Positions 1 through 8,959 of a stretch of DNA of 64,000 bases are shown piece after piece. The notes beneath the pieces were generated by a model. That model was not told the origin of the DNA and ran no database searches. It was given only the letters and a program-made list of their open reading frames with translations. The translations under genes were made by a program, and so were the position numbers. Location of the stretch: contig CANMWZ010000014.1 of assembly GCA_947501605.1 (NCBI GenBank), forward strand, positions 38,521-102,520, read 5' to 3'. This stretch comes from Planctomycetota bacterium (GTDB lineage Bacteria; Planctomycetota; UBA1135; UBA2386). Numbering within the stretch: position 1 is the stretch's first letter; each line of letters starts with the position of its first letter.

Positions 1-2064
1 GAAGCCACGCAACTGGTCGATCGCTGGCAGATCCTGCGCCGAGAACCCGGCCGAAGCCTTGCTCCACTGCTCGCGCAGATAGGCGCGGACGGCGTCCTGG
101 AACTCGCCGTCGAGCACGCTCTTTGGCATCGATGCGAGACTCGGATACTGCGGGTACTTCGCGCGACGCACGGCGTCTTCAGCGGCCGAACGCTGCTCCA
201 TGATCCATGCCGGATCCGGCTCCACGTTCTGCTGCTCGCTGGCCCCGCGATAGTCATCGAGTACCGACAGCAGGCGCTGACCCCGCAGCCACACGAAGCC
301 ATTCAACGCATTCGGCAACTCGTCTTCGATGCGCCTGAACTGCGGATCCTCGACGATCGACTTGAGCGAACCGAAGTTGTAGCGAGTCCGCAGGATGTCA
401 CGGATCAGCGGGCCGGAGTTGGAGAGCACGAGGAAGTCGCGGAACACGATCGCGGCAATCTCGCCAGTGCCTGGGATCTGCGCATTGGCAAACTCCCACA
501 CCGGCTCAGGGAGGCCATCGACCGGCAGGTTGTAGACGTTGCTGAAACGGAAGACGGGCACCGCGTACTTCCGCAGCGTGTCCACCAGTTCGTCGGCCGG
601 GGACCGGCCGTCGCGAGGATCACGCACATCTTCGCGGAGCCAGAAAACCCACGCGAACTGTGGCACTGGTGAGCGCGCGGTGACTGGGAAGTAGAGCTGG
701 CCCTGCTCGTTCTTGGACAGGTCCGGCACGTTCTTGCGGAACACGAATCCCATGCGTGGCAGCAGCGCGATCTTCAGCCGGTCGATCAGGTCGCGCGTGT
801 CGGCGAGCTGCTGGCTCTTGAACGTGCAGCGGCGAAGCGCGTCATCCAGACCCTCGCGCTCGCTCTGGATCAGCGAGTCGTACATCGCGTGCAAGAACTC
901 GCCCGCCGGCATACGCAGCGCCGCGGCGGCACATGCCGAATCCGGCACCATGCGCAAGAACGGCATGAGCCAGTCCTTCTTGTCCTGTTTCTCGGCGCGG
1001 TAGAAGCTGCTCTGAAAAGGCGTGTGCAGGTTGCTGTTGAGTACGATGCGCCCGAGCACCGACAGACCCGTTCGCTCGAACATCAAGGCGCTGCTGACGG
1101 AGTTCCAACCCTTGAGGTTGAGGAAGCTCGCCATCACGCGCTCGTTCATGCTGTCGATGTTCTTGGCGTCCGGAAACGTCGCGGCAAACCGGCGAAACGC
1201 ATCGAACGAAGCTGTGGCAGCACTGAACTCGACCGAGTTGACGGACTCGGCCTGGTTGACCTCCACCCACTTGGCCATGGGGTCGACGACACCCTCGGTG
1301 TACTGCGACGCGAGACCGAACGGTTGCTCCTCATCGTCGTCGGCGGCGAGGCGCAGCGACTGCAGCAGCAGGTCTTTGTTGTTGCCGAGCAGCACCACAT
1401 CGAGGTGGCGGCCGAGGAACAGCGCTTCGGTGAGTTGCGGCGATCGCAGTGACAGCAGCCCGTCCTCGACAGCGATCTCGAGCCCCTGCGCCCGAGCCTG
1501 GTCTTGCACCATCGACCAGCCGAGAAGGCCGTGGACGAAGCGGAGCCGCCAACTGACGCGGGCGTAGACGCACCACCACGGTTGCTGCAGCGGCTGCGGC
1601 GGGTTCTTGCTGCGATCCTCGCTATAGCCGGCCACCACCAGTTCGCGGCCGATCGCGTCGCGCGCGAGGTCAAGGAACCCATTGCTCGACTCCTGCAACT
1701 GCGCCAGCGCGTCCATGGCCTGCTGTAGCGAGCGCTGCGAGCCGGTGCGGAAGCTGGTCGCGGCAGGACCCGTCAAGACGTCGCGCCAGCCGGGGGCATC
1801 CGTGAGCTGCGGCCAGAACTTTGGCTCCGGCAGCACGCCGCGAGCAATCTCGAGTCGGCCGTTTTCAGGTCCGAAGTCATCGATCAAGCCGGTCTTGCGC
1901 ACGAAGAAATCCACTTCGCGCGGCACGATGTCGCGGACATCGCGCAGGTCGCCTTCGAACGGGTTGTAGACGAACGCGGCAAGGAACAGCGCGACCAAGG
2001 TCACGACTGTCAGGACCGAGATCCCGAGCCACTTCAAAAACCGGAAAGGGCGCTTCGACTTCAT
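1..2064 (-). CDS. Large hypothetical protein with N-terminal membrane anchor; runs off the left edge (>688 aa)
   Basis: Not in the ORF track because it has no stop in the window. Manual translation from ATG 2064 gives MKSKRPFRFLKWLGISVLTVVTLVALFLAAFVYNPFEG..., open to base 1; basic N-terminus followed by a hydrophobic helix. Confidence 0.8.
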   Translation of the reverse strand, partial: MKSKRPFRFLKWLGISVLTVVTLVALFLAAFVYNPFEGDLRDVRDIVPREVDFFVRKTGLIDDFGPENGRLEIARGVLPEPKFWPQLTDAPGWRDVLTGPAATSFRTGSQRSLQQAMDALAQLQESSNGFLDLARDAIGRELVVAGYSEDRSKNPPQPLQQPWWCVYARVSWRLRFVHGLLGWSMVQDQARAQGLEIAVEDGLLSLRSPQLTEALFLGRHLDVVLLGNNKDLLLQSLRLAADDDEEQPFGLASQYTEGVVDPMAKWVEVNQAESVNSVEFSAATASFDAFRRFAATFPDAKNIDSMNERVMASFLNLKGWNSVSSALMFERTGLSVLGRIVLNSNLHTPFQSSFYRAEKQDKKDWLMPFLRMVPDSACAAAALRMPAGEFLHAMYDSLIQSEREGLDDALRRCTFKSQQLADTRDLIDRLKIALLPRMGFVFRKNVPDLSKNEQGQLYFPVTARSPVPQFAWVFWLREDVRDPRDGRSPADELVDTLRKYAVPVFRFSNVYNLPVDGLPEPVWEFANAQIPGTGEIAAIVFRDFLVLSNSGPLIRDILRTRYNFGSLKSIVEDPQFRRIEDELPNALNGFVWLRGQRLLSVLDDYRGASEQQNVEPDPAWIMEQRSAAEDAVRRAKYPQYPSLASMPKSVLDGEFQDAVRAYLREQWSKASAGFSAQDLPAIDQLRGF

Positions 2065-2253
2065 CTGCAGCAGAGCCTAGTGCCATGCGCCACGGCGCAC
2101 CACGAGCAGCAAGCACGCTGGCGCGGCGAGCCCTTGGCAGGCACTGCGGCCATGGACGTCTAGTGCGGCTGCGGCTTTCGTCCGTTCTCGGGGATCGCCA
2201 GCACGTTTGCGTTGCCGTCAGATGCCCGGTCTACTCCGGCACGCCCAGCCGCC

Positions 2254-3447
2254 ATGACGAGCCTCGTTCCCAACGCCCGTTCGCATCAGATCGAGGAGTC
2301 CGCGACCCTCGCGATCGCCGCGCGCGCGATGCAACTGCGCGCCGAGGGCAAGAACGTCATCGCTCTCGGGGCCGGCGAACCGGACTTCCCCACCCCCGAC
2401 GGCATCGCTCGCGCAGGCATCCGTGCCATCGAACAGGGAAAGTACCGCTACACCGCGACGAGCGGGCTCCCGCAGTTGCGAGCTGCCGGTGCCAAATGGC
2501 TCGCCGCTGCATTTGATCTCCACTACGCCGCCGAGGAAGTCCTGGTCACCGCCGGAGCCAAGCCTGCTCTGCACATGGCCCTCGACACCATCGTCGAGAA
2601 GGGCGACCGCGTACTGGTACTCGCGCCCTACTGGGTCTCCTACCCAGCCCTCGTTCGCATGGCCGACGGCGTGCCCGTGATCGTGCCACCAGTGCCTGAG
2701 CAGGACTTCGTGCACACGGAATCACAGATCGCCGCGTTGGCCCAACAGAGCGGGGCGAAGGGCATGATCCTGAACTTCCCCAACAACCCTTCGGGGGCGG
2801 TGCCGACTCGCTCGCAACTCGAGGGCATCGTTGGTGCCGCCGAGAAGCACGGGATGTGGATTGTCTCCGACGAGATCTACGCCCAGATTCGCTACGACCA
2901 GGCACCGCACGTGTCGCCCGCAAGCCTGCCAGGCGGGCGCGAGCGCACGATGGTGGTCACGGGCTTCACCAAGAGCCACACGCTGACCGGCTGGCGCGTC
3001 GGATTCCTCGCTGGCCCAAAGCGGGTGATCGACGCTGCGGCGCGCATCCAGAGCCAGGTCCTGGGCAACGCCTGCACCATCAGCCAAGAAGCCTCGCTCG
3101 CGGCGTGCGCCGAGCCGCCGCACGAGGAGATCGCGCGCCGGCTGCCCATCCTCGACGAACGCCGCTGCTTCCTCGTGCGGCAGATCAACACCATCCGCGA
3201 CCTGAAGCTGGCGATGCCAAACGGCACCTTCTATGCCCTCATCGATGCGCGGGCGCTCTGTGCTCGGCTAGGCATCGATGACGTGCGGCTTTGCACCCAA
3301 CTGCTCGAGCAGCAATTGCTCGCGACGATCCCCGGCAGCGCGTTCGGCGCTCCCGGCTTTGTGCGACTGAGTTATGCGGCGCCGATGACGGATCTTGAAG
3401 CCGCGGTGATGAGACTGCGGGCGTTCGTCGACGAGGGGGCCTCGTGA
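2254..3447 (+). CDS. aspC: PLP-dependent aminotransferase class I/II (aspartate aminotransferase-like)
   Basis: GEPDFPTP, GAKPAL, PYWVSY, NFPNNPSG, SDEIY and TKSHTLTGWRVG (PLP lysine) motifs. Confidence 0.9.
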   Translation: MTSLVPNARSHQIEESATLAIAARAMQLRAEGKNVIALGAGEPDFPTPDGIARAGIRAIEQGKYRYTATSGLPQLRAAGAKWLAAAFDLHYAAEEVLVTAGAKPALHMALDTIVEKGDRVLVLAPYWVSYPALVRMADGVPVIVPPVPEQDFVHTESQIAALAQQSGAKGMILNFPNNPSGAVPTRSQLEGIVGAAEKHGMWIVSDEIYAQIRYDQAPHVSPASLPGGRERTMVVTGFTKSHTLTGWRVGFLAGPKRVIDAAARIQSQVLGNACTISQEASLAACAEPPHEEIARRLPILDERRCFLVRQINTIRDLKLAMPNGTFYALIDARALCARLGIDDVRLCTQLLEQQLLATIPGSAFGAPGFVRLSYAAPMTDLEAAVMRLRAFVDEGAS

Positions 3448-4538
3448 ACACCGACGACCAGAACCTGCGCGTGGTCCGCGCGAACTCTCTCGCAGACGTG
3501 ACGGTCGCCGACCATGCGTGGGACCTTTACGCCCGCCTCCTGTCCTGCAAGGACCTGGTCACGAAGGCGAACAAGCCCTTCCTCACGCTGCAGCTCGGCG
3601 ACCAGGGAGGCACGATCGAGGCCAAGATCTGGAGCGACGCCAAGCTCGCGATGGAGGCCGCTCGCCAGCTCGAGCCACAGTCGATCGTCAAGGTGCGCGG
3701 ACAGATGCGGGACTACCAAGGGCAGAAGCAACTGATCATCGAACGCATCAAGGCACTCGATCCCGGCGAGGACGCAGACTTCGACCGCAGCCAACTCACC
3801 GACCCCGCGCTCGAACTCGTCGAAGACCTCGTTTGCAAGACACTGGTGATCGACATCGAGACCGTTCCTGGTTTCGAACACGACCGACTCCCTGAGAGCG
3901 TCGCCGACGCGCTCGAGCAGTTCGCCCAGCGCAAGGAACCCGCGTCGAGCGCGGACGTGCTGCAGGCGCGCATCGGCATGTCGATGGGCCTCTCGCCGCT
4001 GTTCGGCAAGGTGGTGTCGATCGCTCTCGGTGACGGCGACGAGCCGGACGCCGACGTGCACGTGATCGCGGTGCCGCCCAACGGCTTCGTCAGCGAAGGC
4101 CACCCGAGCTGGTTGCGCTTCATGACCGAGGCTGACTTGCTGCGGTCCTTCTGGGCGCTTGCGAGCAAGGCCGAAGTCGTCGTGACGTTCAACGGCAAGA
4201 GCTTCGACCTGCCATTCCTCGTCGGCCGCAGCCTCGTGCACGGGATCCCGGCGCGGTGCGATCTCGTGTCGCAGAAGTGGACGCTCAAGCCACACCTTGA
4301 CCTGTTCGAACTGCTCAGCCAGCGCGACAAGGCCCCGAGCAAGCTCGATGTCATTTGCTGGGCCCTCGGCGTCGAGAGTCCGAAGGGCGACATGGACGGC
4401 TCCAAGGTCGCGCCGGCCTACGCGCGCGGCGAGATCGTCAAGATCGCTGAGTACAACCGCCAGGACGTGCGCGCGACTGCCGAGGTGTTTCGCAAGGTGC
4501 GCGACAACGTGCTGCGGTTTCGTGCCGACTGGAAGTGA
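3444..4538 (+). CDS. OB-fold (YhaM N-terminal-like) fused to PolB-related DEDDy 3'-5' exonuclease
   Basis: N-terminal TKANKPFLTLQLGDQGGTIEAKIW...VKVRG..DYQGQKQL. C-terminal ExoI DIET, ExoII TFNGKSFDLPFL, ExoIII YNRQD. GTGA overlap with the upstream gene. Confidence 0.85.
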   Translation: MNTDDQNLRVVRANSLADVTVADHAWDLYARLLSCKDLVTKANKPFLTLQLGDQGGTIEAKIWSDAKLAMEAARQLEPQSIVKVRGQMRDYQGQKQLIIERIKALDPGEDADFDRSQLTDPALELVEDLVCKTLVIDIETVPGFEHDRLPESVADALEQFAQRKEPASSADVLQARIGMSMGLSPLFGKVVSIALGDGDEPDADVHVIAVPPNGFVSEGHPSWLRFMTEADLLRSFWALASKAEVVVTFNGKSFDLPFLVGRSLVHGIPARCDLVSQKWTLKPHLDLFELLSQRDKAPSKLDVICWALGVESPKGDMDGSKVAPAYARGEIVKIAEYNRQDVRATAEVFRKVRDNVLRFRADWK

Positions 4539-4562
4539 GCGGACACGGCCCGTGGCCGCGGT

Positions 4563-5906
4563 TCAGAGCTTCAGCGCGTTGGCAACGCCCTGAGGCATCG
4601 CGGCGAGACACATCTCCTGCAACTGCCGCCGCACCACAAGGTCGGGCTCCGACGTGAAGACGTAGAGCTTCCACATCCGCGGATAGGCATCGCGCAGGTC
4701 GCGCAATCGCGGAATGTCGCTGGCAAACGAGTCGAGCGGGAGCGTGCGATCGCCGGCACCAGGAAAGCGAACCAGGGTCTTCGCCTCCTTCAACTGCATC
4801 GCGCGAGCCGGGCAGTAGAGGAGCACGTCCATCGGCCGACCGAAGCGGCGCAGTGCCTGCTGCTCCATTTCGATTTCCCACTGCCGCCGCACGTCGTGTC
4901 GACCTGGTGCAAACCAAGTGTCGATCAACGTCGCCTGCAGCGGCGCGTTCAGATAGTACGGCAACACCAGCACGCGCTTGGGCAATTGTCGGCGGCGGAA
5001 ACGCTCCACGAAGCGCTGCAGCCGCTCATCGGCTTCGCCGTCGCCGAGGCGCACTCTTGCCAGCGACAGCAGGAGTGACTCATCGGTCGCGCGCTGCAGG
5101 TCCTCGGCCGTCATGGCGCCGGCCCGAAGCGCCATCTCGACCATTCGCGACAGCAGCGCGCCCGCTGCAATCTTCGCGTGGTGGTAGTAGACCCGCTCAC
5201 TGAAGTGATAGCGCGTCTCGAGCACTCGCAGGAGTTCGGACACGATGTCCTCGCGCAACATGCCGTTCTTCTCACAGTCGACGAACATCTGCTGCGAACG
5301 TCGGTCGACCCGGAAGTAGTCGATCACGCGCCGGTCGTAGCGCAGCTCGAGCCCGGTGTAGTGGGCATCGCGACGCAAGTAGTCGAGGAGGTCGGCGTCG
5401 ATGGTGTCGCTGACCACTTGTTGCCAGAACGGCGGCACCTGTTGCTGACCGGCGCCAAGCACCGACAGCACGCTGTCGCGAACGCCCATCCGGTCGAGTT
5501 CATGGCCGAGCTCGGTGTCCGACAGAATCGCCAAGAAGCGCTCGGGCTTGTCGTGGCGCGGCAAGAGCCCGGTCTGATCCTCGATGTTGTGCCCGAACGG
5601 GATGTGCGTCACGTCATGAAGCAAGGCCGCGATCCGCAACACGCGCTTCTCTTCGTCGGTCACGCGATAGCACACAGCCGGGTCCTTGCTCGCGTTCTTG
5701 TTGGCTGCCGACAACATCAGCTCTGCCATGTGCAGGGTGCCGATGGAATGCTCGAAGCGCGTGTGCATCGCACCGGGGAACACGAGATAGGCAAAGCCAA
5801 GCTGCTTGATGCCGCGCAGACGCTGGAACTCGGCGGTGTCGATCAGCCGAGTTTCCTCGCGTGTCAGCTCGATGTCGCCGTGGATAGGCTCGCGAAGGAC
5901 GGTCAC
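4563..5906 (-). CDS. HD-domain phosphohydrolase (SAMHD1/dNTP triphosphohydrolase-like)
   Basis: EPIHG, FQRLRGIKQLG, PGAMHTRFEHSIG, ALLHDVTHIPFGH, DADLLDYLRRD and VYYHH motifs. Start GTG 5906 (alternative ATG 5945). Confidence 0.9.
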   Translation of the reverse strand: MTVLREPIHGDIELTREETRLIDTAEFQRLRGIKQLGFAYLVFPGAMHTRFEHSIGTLHMAELMLSAANKNASKDPAVCYRVTDEEKRVLRIAALLHDVTHIPFGHNIEDQTGLLPRHDKPERFLAILSDTELGHELDRMGVRDSVLSVLGAGQQQVPPFWQQVVSDTIDADLLDYLRRDAHYTGLELRYDRRVIDYFRVDRRSQQMFVDCEKNGMLREDIVSELLRVLETRYHFSERVYYHHAKIAAGALLSRMVEMALRAGAMTAEDLQRATDESLLLSLARVRLGDGEADERLQRFVERFRRRQLPKRVLVLPYYLNAPLQATLIDTWFAPGRHDVRRQWEIEMEQQALRRFGRPMDVLLYCPARAMQLKEAKTLVRFPGAGDRTLPLDSFASDIPRLRDLRDAYPRMWKLYVFTSEPDLVVRRQLQEMCLAAMPQGVANALKL

Positions 5907-5958
5907 GGAAGCTCCGGTTCGGGCCGCGCAAGGTAGCGAGAGCATCCGCCCTGAAGCC

Positions 5959-5989
5959 AAAAAAAGAGGGCCGGATGCTCCGGCCCCCC
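5959..5989 (-). terminator. Intrinsic terminator upstream of the HD gene
   Basis: Minus strand reads GGGCCGGA-GCA-TCCGGCCC then TC and a T7 run. Confidence 0.75.
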
Positions 5990-6085
5990 ACCACACCCAA
6001 CCAAGAGGACGCACTCGCTGGGAGCACGTGGCCTCGTCGGATTCGTTCCGCGCCGTCCGGGCCTCACGGCACGCCGGGCGACGCG
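5959..6085 (-). ncRNA. Candidate ~125-nt small RNA or attenuated leader
   Basis: Extended -10-like TGGTAAGGT at 6098-6090, no credible ORF, ends in the terminator above. Boundaries are inferred. Confidence 0.35.
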
Positions 6086-6268
6086 CCGCACCTTACCACG
6101 TAAACGTGCACGCGGTCGGCGGCAGAGAGCCTCGGCCAAACGCGGGGGCGCGAAACGCCAGCAGCACCGGCCGCACCGCGATCCCCATTTTGGAATCCGT
6201 GCGCCGATCGCATCGCCGTCCGAGGGCAGGACGCCGTTGCCCGGCGACATCGGTGGCCAACTTCGCAG

Positions 6269-6339
6269 TCACCCCGCTAGCGCCGCGTCAGTTGACGCGG
6301 CAGTTCACCCCGCTAGCGCCGCGTCAGTTGACGCGGCAG
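6269..6339. repeat. Two-copy 36-bp tandem duplication containing a hairpin
   Basis: TCACCCCGCTAGCGCCGCGTCAGTTGACGCGGCAG occurs twice; internal inverted repeat GCCGCGTCA-GT-TGACGCGGC. Confidence 0.9.
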
Positions 6340-7830
6340 GGTCGTGGGACCACCGATCACGAACCCGCGCAGCTCGCGCGGCACCGACCACGAGTCGCCA
6401 TCCGGAACGCGCACGCTCAGGTCCGCAACCATCGCCGTCTCGAACTGCGCAATGAATGGCTGGTCCGCCACCATTACTACGAAGCGACCTTCGGTGACCG
6501 GATCGACCCGAACCTCCCAGGCGACGCCTGGCTGCGGCGGTGCGATCTGAATCGACGCCGTCGCGGCGACTCGGCTTGGCAGCACGAGCGTCGCCTCGCT
6601 GTCGTCCGGCGAGAACGGCTCCGCCGCTGCGTTCACGGCACCGGCGCGCGCAACCACGACGATTGCCTCATGTCCCGCTGGCCGAGCGATGCGGAATGAG
6701 CCGTCCGCGGCGGCGACCCCGACCGACGCATCGCGGGGCGGCAGGCTCGCTGGCCAGAGCCCCTGCTCGGCTGCGCCTTCCTGGGTCACATCGGCTCGCA
6801 CGCACGCCACGCTGGCCACCGGGACAGGCTGACCACGTTCGTCGACCAGCTTCCCGCTGAGGATGTCTCGGTCCGGAACGGCGGCCGTGACGACCGCCGC
6901 CTGGTCCCCGTGCAGCGCCACTTCGATCGCAGCCGTCCGCAGGACGAGCGGCCCGCCGATGACGATGCTCGGGACGCAGTCGCGCGGCAGACCCTCGATC
7001 TGCAGGCGCCCGTTGCCATCCAGTAGAGAGTCCGTCCAGAAGCCTTGCGCGAAAAACGGGAACGCCTGCAGCTCGGTCGTTGGCGTCGCACCGGGTAACA
7101 CGACGGCGAAGGCACCGGCAAGTGCTTCGTGCGATCCAGCGGCCTGCACGACCAAGGTCGCGGCATCTACCAGCACGAAGTCAGCGCTGGCGCCGACGGT
7201 GGGCGAGACTTCGACAAATGCATGCTTCCACGCCTTGCCACTCTTCCGAACCACCACGGGGACCCCGAGCGACGCGGCTACAACCGCCTCGTAGCGACCG
7301 TCGCTGTTGGTCATGACCGTGCTCGCCGTCGCCTCGCCGAACCAAACCAGCGCGCCTTCGATCGGCTTTGCGGCGGCATCGACCACGCGCCCCGAGAGTG
7401 TGCGGGCCACGCCAAGCTCGATGTGCAGTTCTCCATTGGCGTCCGGTTCGACGCGGCGAAACACAACGGTCTCGCCATCTTCCACCTGCACCAACGACGC
7501 CCCACGGCGCTGCCCGCGGGCCCGCCACGGACCGCCGTCTCCAGCTACGACTTCGGCGAGCACTTCGCGTTCGCGCCCAAAACGCGTCACGTGGATCCGA
7601 TCGCCGCTGGCGAACAGCCGCTGCCGTGGCGTCACTTCGAGCCAGATGCGCGCCGCCGCTGGAACAGCAGACCTTGCCGGCGCGGACGAGGTCGCCATGG
7701 CCGCATCCGGCAACGGTGCGAGCCCATCCGGTAGCGGCACAGCCACGCCATCGCCCGCGCCGATGAGCACATAGGCCGCGCCAGCGAGTGCGACGGAACA
7801 GCAGATACCGAGGGCGAGCGCGCGGGCCAT
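6313..7830 (-). CDS. Membrane-anchored protein with carboxypeptidase-regulatory-like (beta-sandwich) domains
   Basis: N-terminal TM helix; repeated SGRVVDAAAKPIEGALV / SGKLVDERGQPVPVASV and TNSDGRY / AADGSFRI motifs. Confidence 0.75.
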   Translation of the reverse strand: MARALALGICCSVALAGAAYVLIGAGDGVAVPLPDGLAPLPDAAMATSSAPARSAVPAAARIWLEVTPRQRLFASGDRIHVTRFGREREVLAEVVAGDGGPWRARGQRRGASLVQVEDGETVVFRRVEPDANGELHIELGVARTLSGRVVDAAAKPIEGALVWFGEATASTVMTNSDGRYEAVVAASLGVPVVVRKSGKAWKHAFVEVSPTVGASADFVLVDAATLVVQAAGSHEALAGAFAVVLPGATPTTELQAFPFFAQGFWTDSLLDGNGRLQIEGLPRDCVPSIVIGGPLVLRTAAIEVALHGDQAAVVTAAVPDRDILSGKLVDERGQPVPVASVACVRADVTQEGAAEQGLWPASLPPRDASVGVAAADGSFRIARPAGHEAIVVVARAGAVNAAAEPFSPDDSEATLVLPSRVAATASIQIAPPQPGVAWEVRVDPVTEGRFVVMVADQPFIAQFETAMVADLSVRVPDGDSWSVPRELRGFVIGGPTTLPRQLTRR

Positions 7831-7879
7831 GCAGAAAGAAAGTCGGAAGCAGTCTACTGTCTGATAGGTCCCCCTGCCC

Positions 7880-8959
7880 GTGCGCACTGTACTCGCCCTC
7901 GACTATCGCCCCGCACTGCTGTCGCAAGCCGGCATCGGGCGCGCCGTCCGAGAACTCGCGCGGGCGCTCGCGCGACGCGACGATGTCGAATTGCACCTGT
8001 TCGCGCACTCGTTGGCCGCGGCGCGCGTTCCGTGCGAGGTCCCCGCTGGAGTACGACTGCACCGCGGGCCCATCCCCGGTCGCTCGCTGCCATGGCTCGC
8101 GCGCGTCGGCCTCGGCGCGGATCGCCTCGCCGGGCGCTGCGAAGTGTTCCACTGGACCGACTACGTGCAACCGCCAGTCATTCAGGCCAAGACGGTCTGG
8201 ACCGTGCACGATCTCGCCTTTCTGCGCGACCCATCATGGCACGGCAACGATGCGGCGCCGCTCGCGGCCCGGACGCGAGCGATGGCAACCGGCGCCACCG
8301 CCATCGTCGCACCGTCGAAGGCCACGGCTGCTGACGTCGCACGCCTGCTGCCAGGAACGACTCCGCCCATCGTGATCCCGTTCGGCAGCGACCACGTACC
8401 GAGCTTCTCGGCGCCAACCAGCACCGGCTTTGACTATGTCCTGTGCATCGGCACGATCGAGCCGCGCAAGAACCACCGCGCCCTCCTCGCCGCAATGCGC
8501 CGACTGCGACCGCCTCGGCCGCGCTTGCTCGTCATCGGCAAACCCGGCTGGGAGTGCCAGGACATCGTCGCCGATCTGCGGGCTGCGCAGCGAGATGGCA
8601 TCGCGCAGTGGCGAACCGGTGTCGGCGACGCCGAGATGTTTGCGTTGCTGCGAGGCGCGAAACTGCTGGTCTATCCGTCCCTGTGGGAAGGCTTCGGCTT
8701 TCCACCGCTCGAAGCGATGGCGCTGGGGACGCCAGTCGTCCTGCATGATTGTGAGCCGATGCGCGAGTTGACCGACGGCAACGCCCTCCTCTGCGATGCG
8801 ACCGTGCCCGAAGCTCTCGCTGCTGCAATCGAACGTGGCCTTTGCGATGCGGAGTTGCGCGACCGGCTCACACACGATGGCCTGGCGCGCGCCGGGTCTT
8901 TTCGGTGGGCGGACTGCGCCGCAGCGCACGCACGGCTCTATCGCGAGATCGCGCAATGA
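7880..8959 (+). CDS. Glycosyltransferase family 4
   Basis: GIGR, TVHDLAF, GTIEPRKN and YPSLWEGFGFPPLEAMALGTPV motifs. Confidence 0.92.
   Translation: MRTVLALDYRPALLSQAGIGRAVRELARALARRDDVELHLFAHSLAAARVPCEVPAGVRLHRGPIPGRSLPWLARVGLGADRLAGRCEVFHWTDYVQPPVIQAKTVWTVHDLAFLRDPSWHGNDAAPLAARTRAMATGATAIVAPSKATAADVARLLPGTTPPIVIPFGSDHVPSFSAPTSTGFDYVLCIGTIEPRKNHRALLAAMRRLRPPRPRLLVIGKPGWECQDIVADLRAAQRDGIAQWRTGVGDAEMFALLRGAKLLVYPSLWEGFGFPPLEAMALGTPVVLHDCEPMRELTDGNALLCDATVPEALAAAIERGLCDAELRDRLTHDGLARAGSFRWADCAAAHARLYREIAQ

Noticed and set aside
405..2516. Short ORF-track calls in the first 2.5 kb
   Set aside because: Shadow frames of the long minus-strand ORF (1-2064) and the aminotransferase.
6269..6339. 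36-bp palindromic repeat as a CRISPR array
   Set aside because: Two directly adjacent copies, no spacer, no cas genes in the window.
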